Positions 62,192-64,000 of a DNA stretch of 64,000 bases are shown here, in pieces. Position numbers and translations under genes: made by a program. The stretch spans positions 189,486-253,485 of the forward strand of contig MNCI01001105.1 in NCBI GenBank assembly GCA_015680685.1, written 5' to 3'. Origin of the DNA: Gnetum montanum (lineage: Eukaryota; Plantae; Gnetophyta). Positions within the stretch are counted from its first letter, which is position 1; every line of letters begins with the position of its first letter. The notes under the pieces are model-generated. The model was not told the DNA's origin, ran no database searches, and saw only the letters and a list, made by a program, of their open reading frames with translations.

Positions 62192-64000
62192 GGCACTGTT
62201 GAAACCCATCCTCATCATGGTTGAGCTAGTGGGTATCTTAGGCTGTATGATTGAACCTGTCCCAAATGTACTTACACCTGACATATGTGTGGGTTACTGG
62301 GTGATATGGTTATGATTGGGAGCACAAGAGTTCCTAGAATTTTTTCTCTACCACTTTAGTGTGATGATATGATCACACCTAACAATGGAAGCAATTAATA
62401 TCATAATAGAAACATTGTTGCCTAGGACAAACCAAGGCATCCTAAGGTTCATATCTGATGAGCCTACTAGTGATGAAGGAGAAGGAAGCTCACGCCATGG
62501 CCATAGGAGCCTTAGGCCTTTGTCCAGGATCTGGTAGATGCTAGAACTCTAATGCTACAATAAGAACAACACATTATTCATTGCTCAATGCATGCATACC
62601 CTTTTCCAAAACCCACCTAGGATAGTGTATTATGTCAAAGGGTAAGTCCTTTTATGATCTCATACACTATCTATTTGATTATGACTTATACTAAGATGCT
62701 AACTACTCATTTCCATTACCAGGTTTACCATTGCCCATATGGCCTCCATGATGAGGAGGGCCTTGAACTTGACTCTCACTACCCTACAGGAATTCTCATC
62801 TTTTGAGAATGTAAGTGTAGTGATGATTCGGTAGATTGGGGAAAACCTAGTGGAATTTCCTCATCAACATCCTAAGGCTTATGAGATGTGTCAAGCTCTT
62901 GTCTAGTTGGATGCTAAGTGGGTGACTGAAATACCAAGCATGGAGGAGGTTTCAGCCCCACCACCACCATCTCTCATACCATTTATGCCACGTGAGTAGT
63001 ATATCATTCATTTTTTATGTGCTATCTTCTTTACGTTTCTCATGTTTCTAACTCTACTTTCACCTATTACAACTATGCTTAAGTTAAGATAATTCATAGT
63101 GGTTGCAACAAGCTGCACTAAGGCCACTCTCATTATGAAATATGGTGAGGTTGAAAGTTCACAACAATGGTTATGCTACGAGGCCCCAATGGAGAAAACA
63201 AGGAAGCTTTAATAGGTTGGGATAATGGACCTTTTCCTAGGCCAAGTATCTTTAATAGGCCAAGTATCTTAGTGGCCAAGATGATTACCATCATTGACTC
63301 CTTTAGTGAGAGCATTGATTGCTTCATGATGCAAGCCCATCATGTGTGGGTAACCTTTGACATCACAGATGAATTATTTGCAAACCTCTTCAGTAGTCCC
63401 TTTGAGGGTCCACTAGTTATAAAGAAAATTGACAAAGAATTTGACCATAGAGGAGCCATTAAGGAGTGGCTAGGCACATATAAGTTCCATAAAGGAATTC
63501 AAGTCAAAGAAGTAAGGCTCTCCATGGTCCACCACCTCTATCCAGTCTTTTGTGCATGCACGTTCCCAAAGCTACTCTTCCAAGGAAATATTCTTGAGGT
63601 GGAACAAGCTTGGGTAATGAGAGATGTGATAAAGGAGGGCATGATGTAGCAATGGGCCTCTTACCTTGCTAGTGGCCTGCATGTTGAAATCATGATATTA
63701 CACCACAACCTTCAAGGGAGGTCTCACATGCATTTCGTGTTCTTTGCAACATGCCTACAAAGAGTTGTAGAGTTTTTGGTGGTCTATGAGGATGGGTGGT
63801 GGGTGGTGCAAGACCGCAGGAAAATTTCTAGGTTGTAGATTCATCATCTATTCAACACCATGTGGGAACAGTATCCTCCAAGGCCAATTGGTGAGTTGTT
63901 TTCTATAATGACTAAAGGAAACCTAGGATGATCTCACCACACACATAGTGCAGGTGAGGCCCCATTGATTAAGAGGCATGTAAGTGTTTTCTAGCCCAAT
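62192..64000 (+). pseudogene. Element C antisense multi-exon accessory gene (best-preserved copy)
   Basis: Exon 62192-62641 (CATAG / GTAAGT); intron 62642-62722; exon 62723-62991 (donor GTGAGT); large exon from about 63080 including ORF 63167-63649 (IDSFSESIDCF, FPKLLFQG), then WASYLASGLHVEI and HMHFVFF. Confidence 0.78.

Larger units (their letters stand above)
53382..64000 (-). mobile_element. Element C: copy of the family nested in E in the opposite orientation; continues beyond the window
   Basis: 3' LTR 53382-55191, PPT 55195-55204, pol 57095-60546, antisense accessory gene from about 62030. Confidence 0.88.

Overview
Land-plant nuclear DNA, probably from a large, heavily methylated non-angiosperm genome (inference). 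It is AT-rich and strongly depleted of CpG and CHG, and many TE stop codons are TGG/CAG->TAG or CGA->TGA. The only intact host gene is a 3-exon Euonymus-type ricin B-like lectin (EUL/OSR40 family, minus strand, 37767-39246). It sits in a CpG-retaining island with ABRE and DRE motifs and has a duplicated splice acceptor. Most of the rest is five decayed copies (A-E) of one Ty3/gypsy Tat/Ogre-type family, plus LINE, Copia and TIR-element remnants. Comparing the copies shows an unusual design. (i) The RT-RH-aRH-INT ORF has its own aligned ATG behind a splice-acceptor-like site and is not fused to gag-protease. (ii) A multi-exon antisense gene with conserved intron positions lies head-to-head upstream of RT in three diverged copies. 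(iii) LTRs start TA rather than TG. (iv) Subfamily-specific palindromic motifs occur both in the LTR U3 and in the internal divergent region. No single copy spans gag to RT, so the full element model is inferred. All alignments were made by eye and TE boundaries are approximate.
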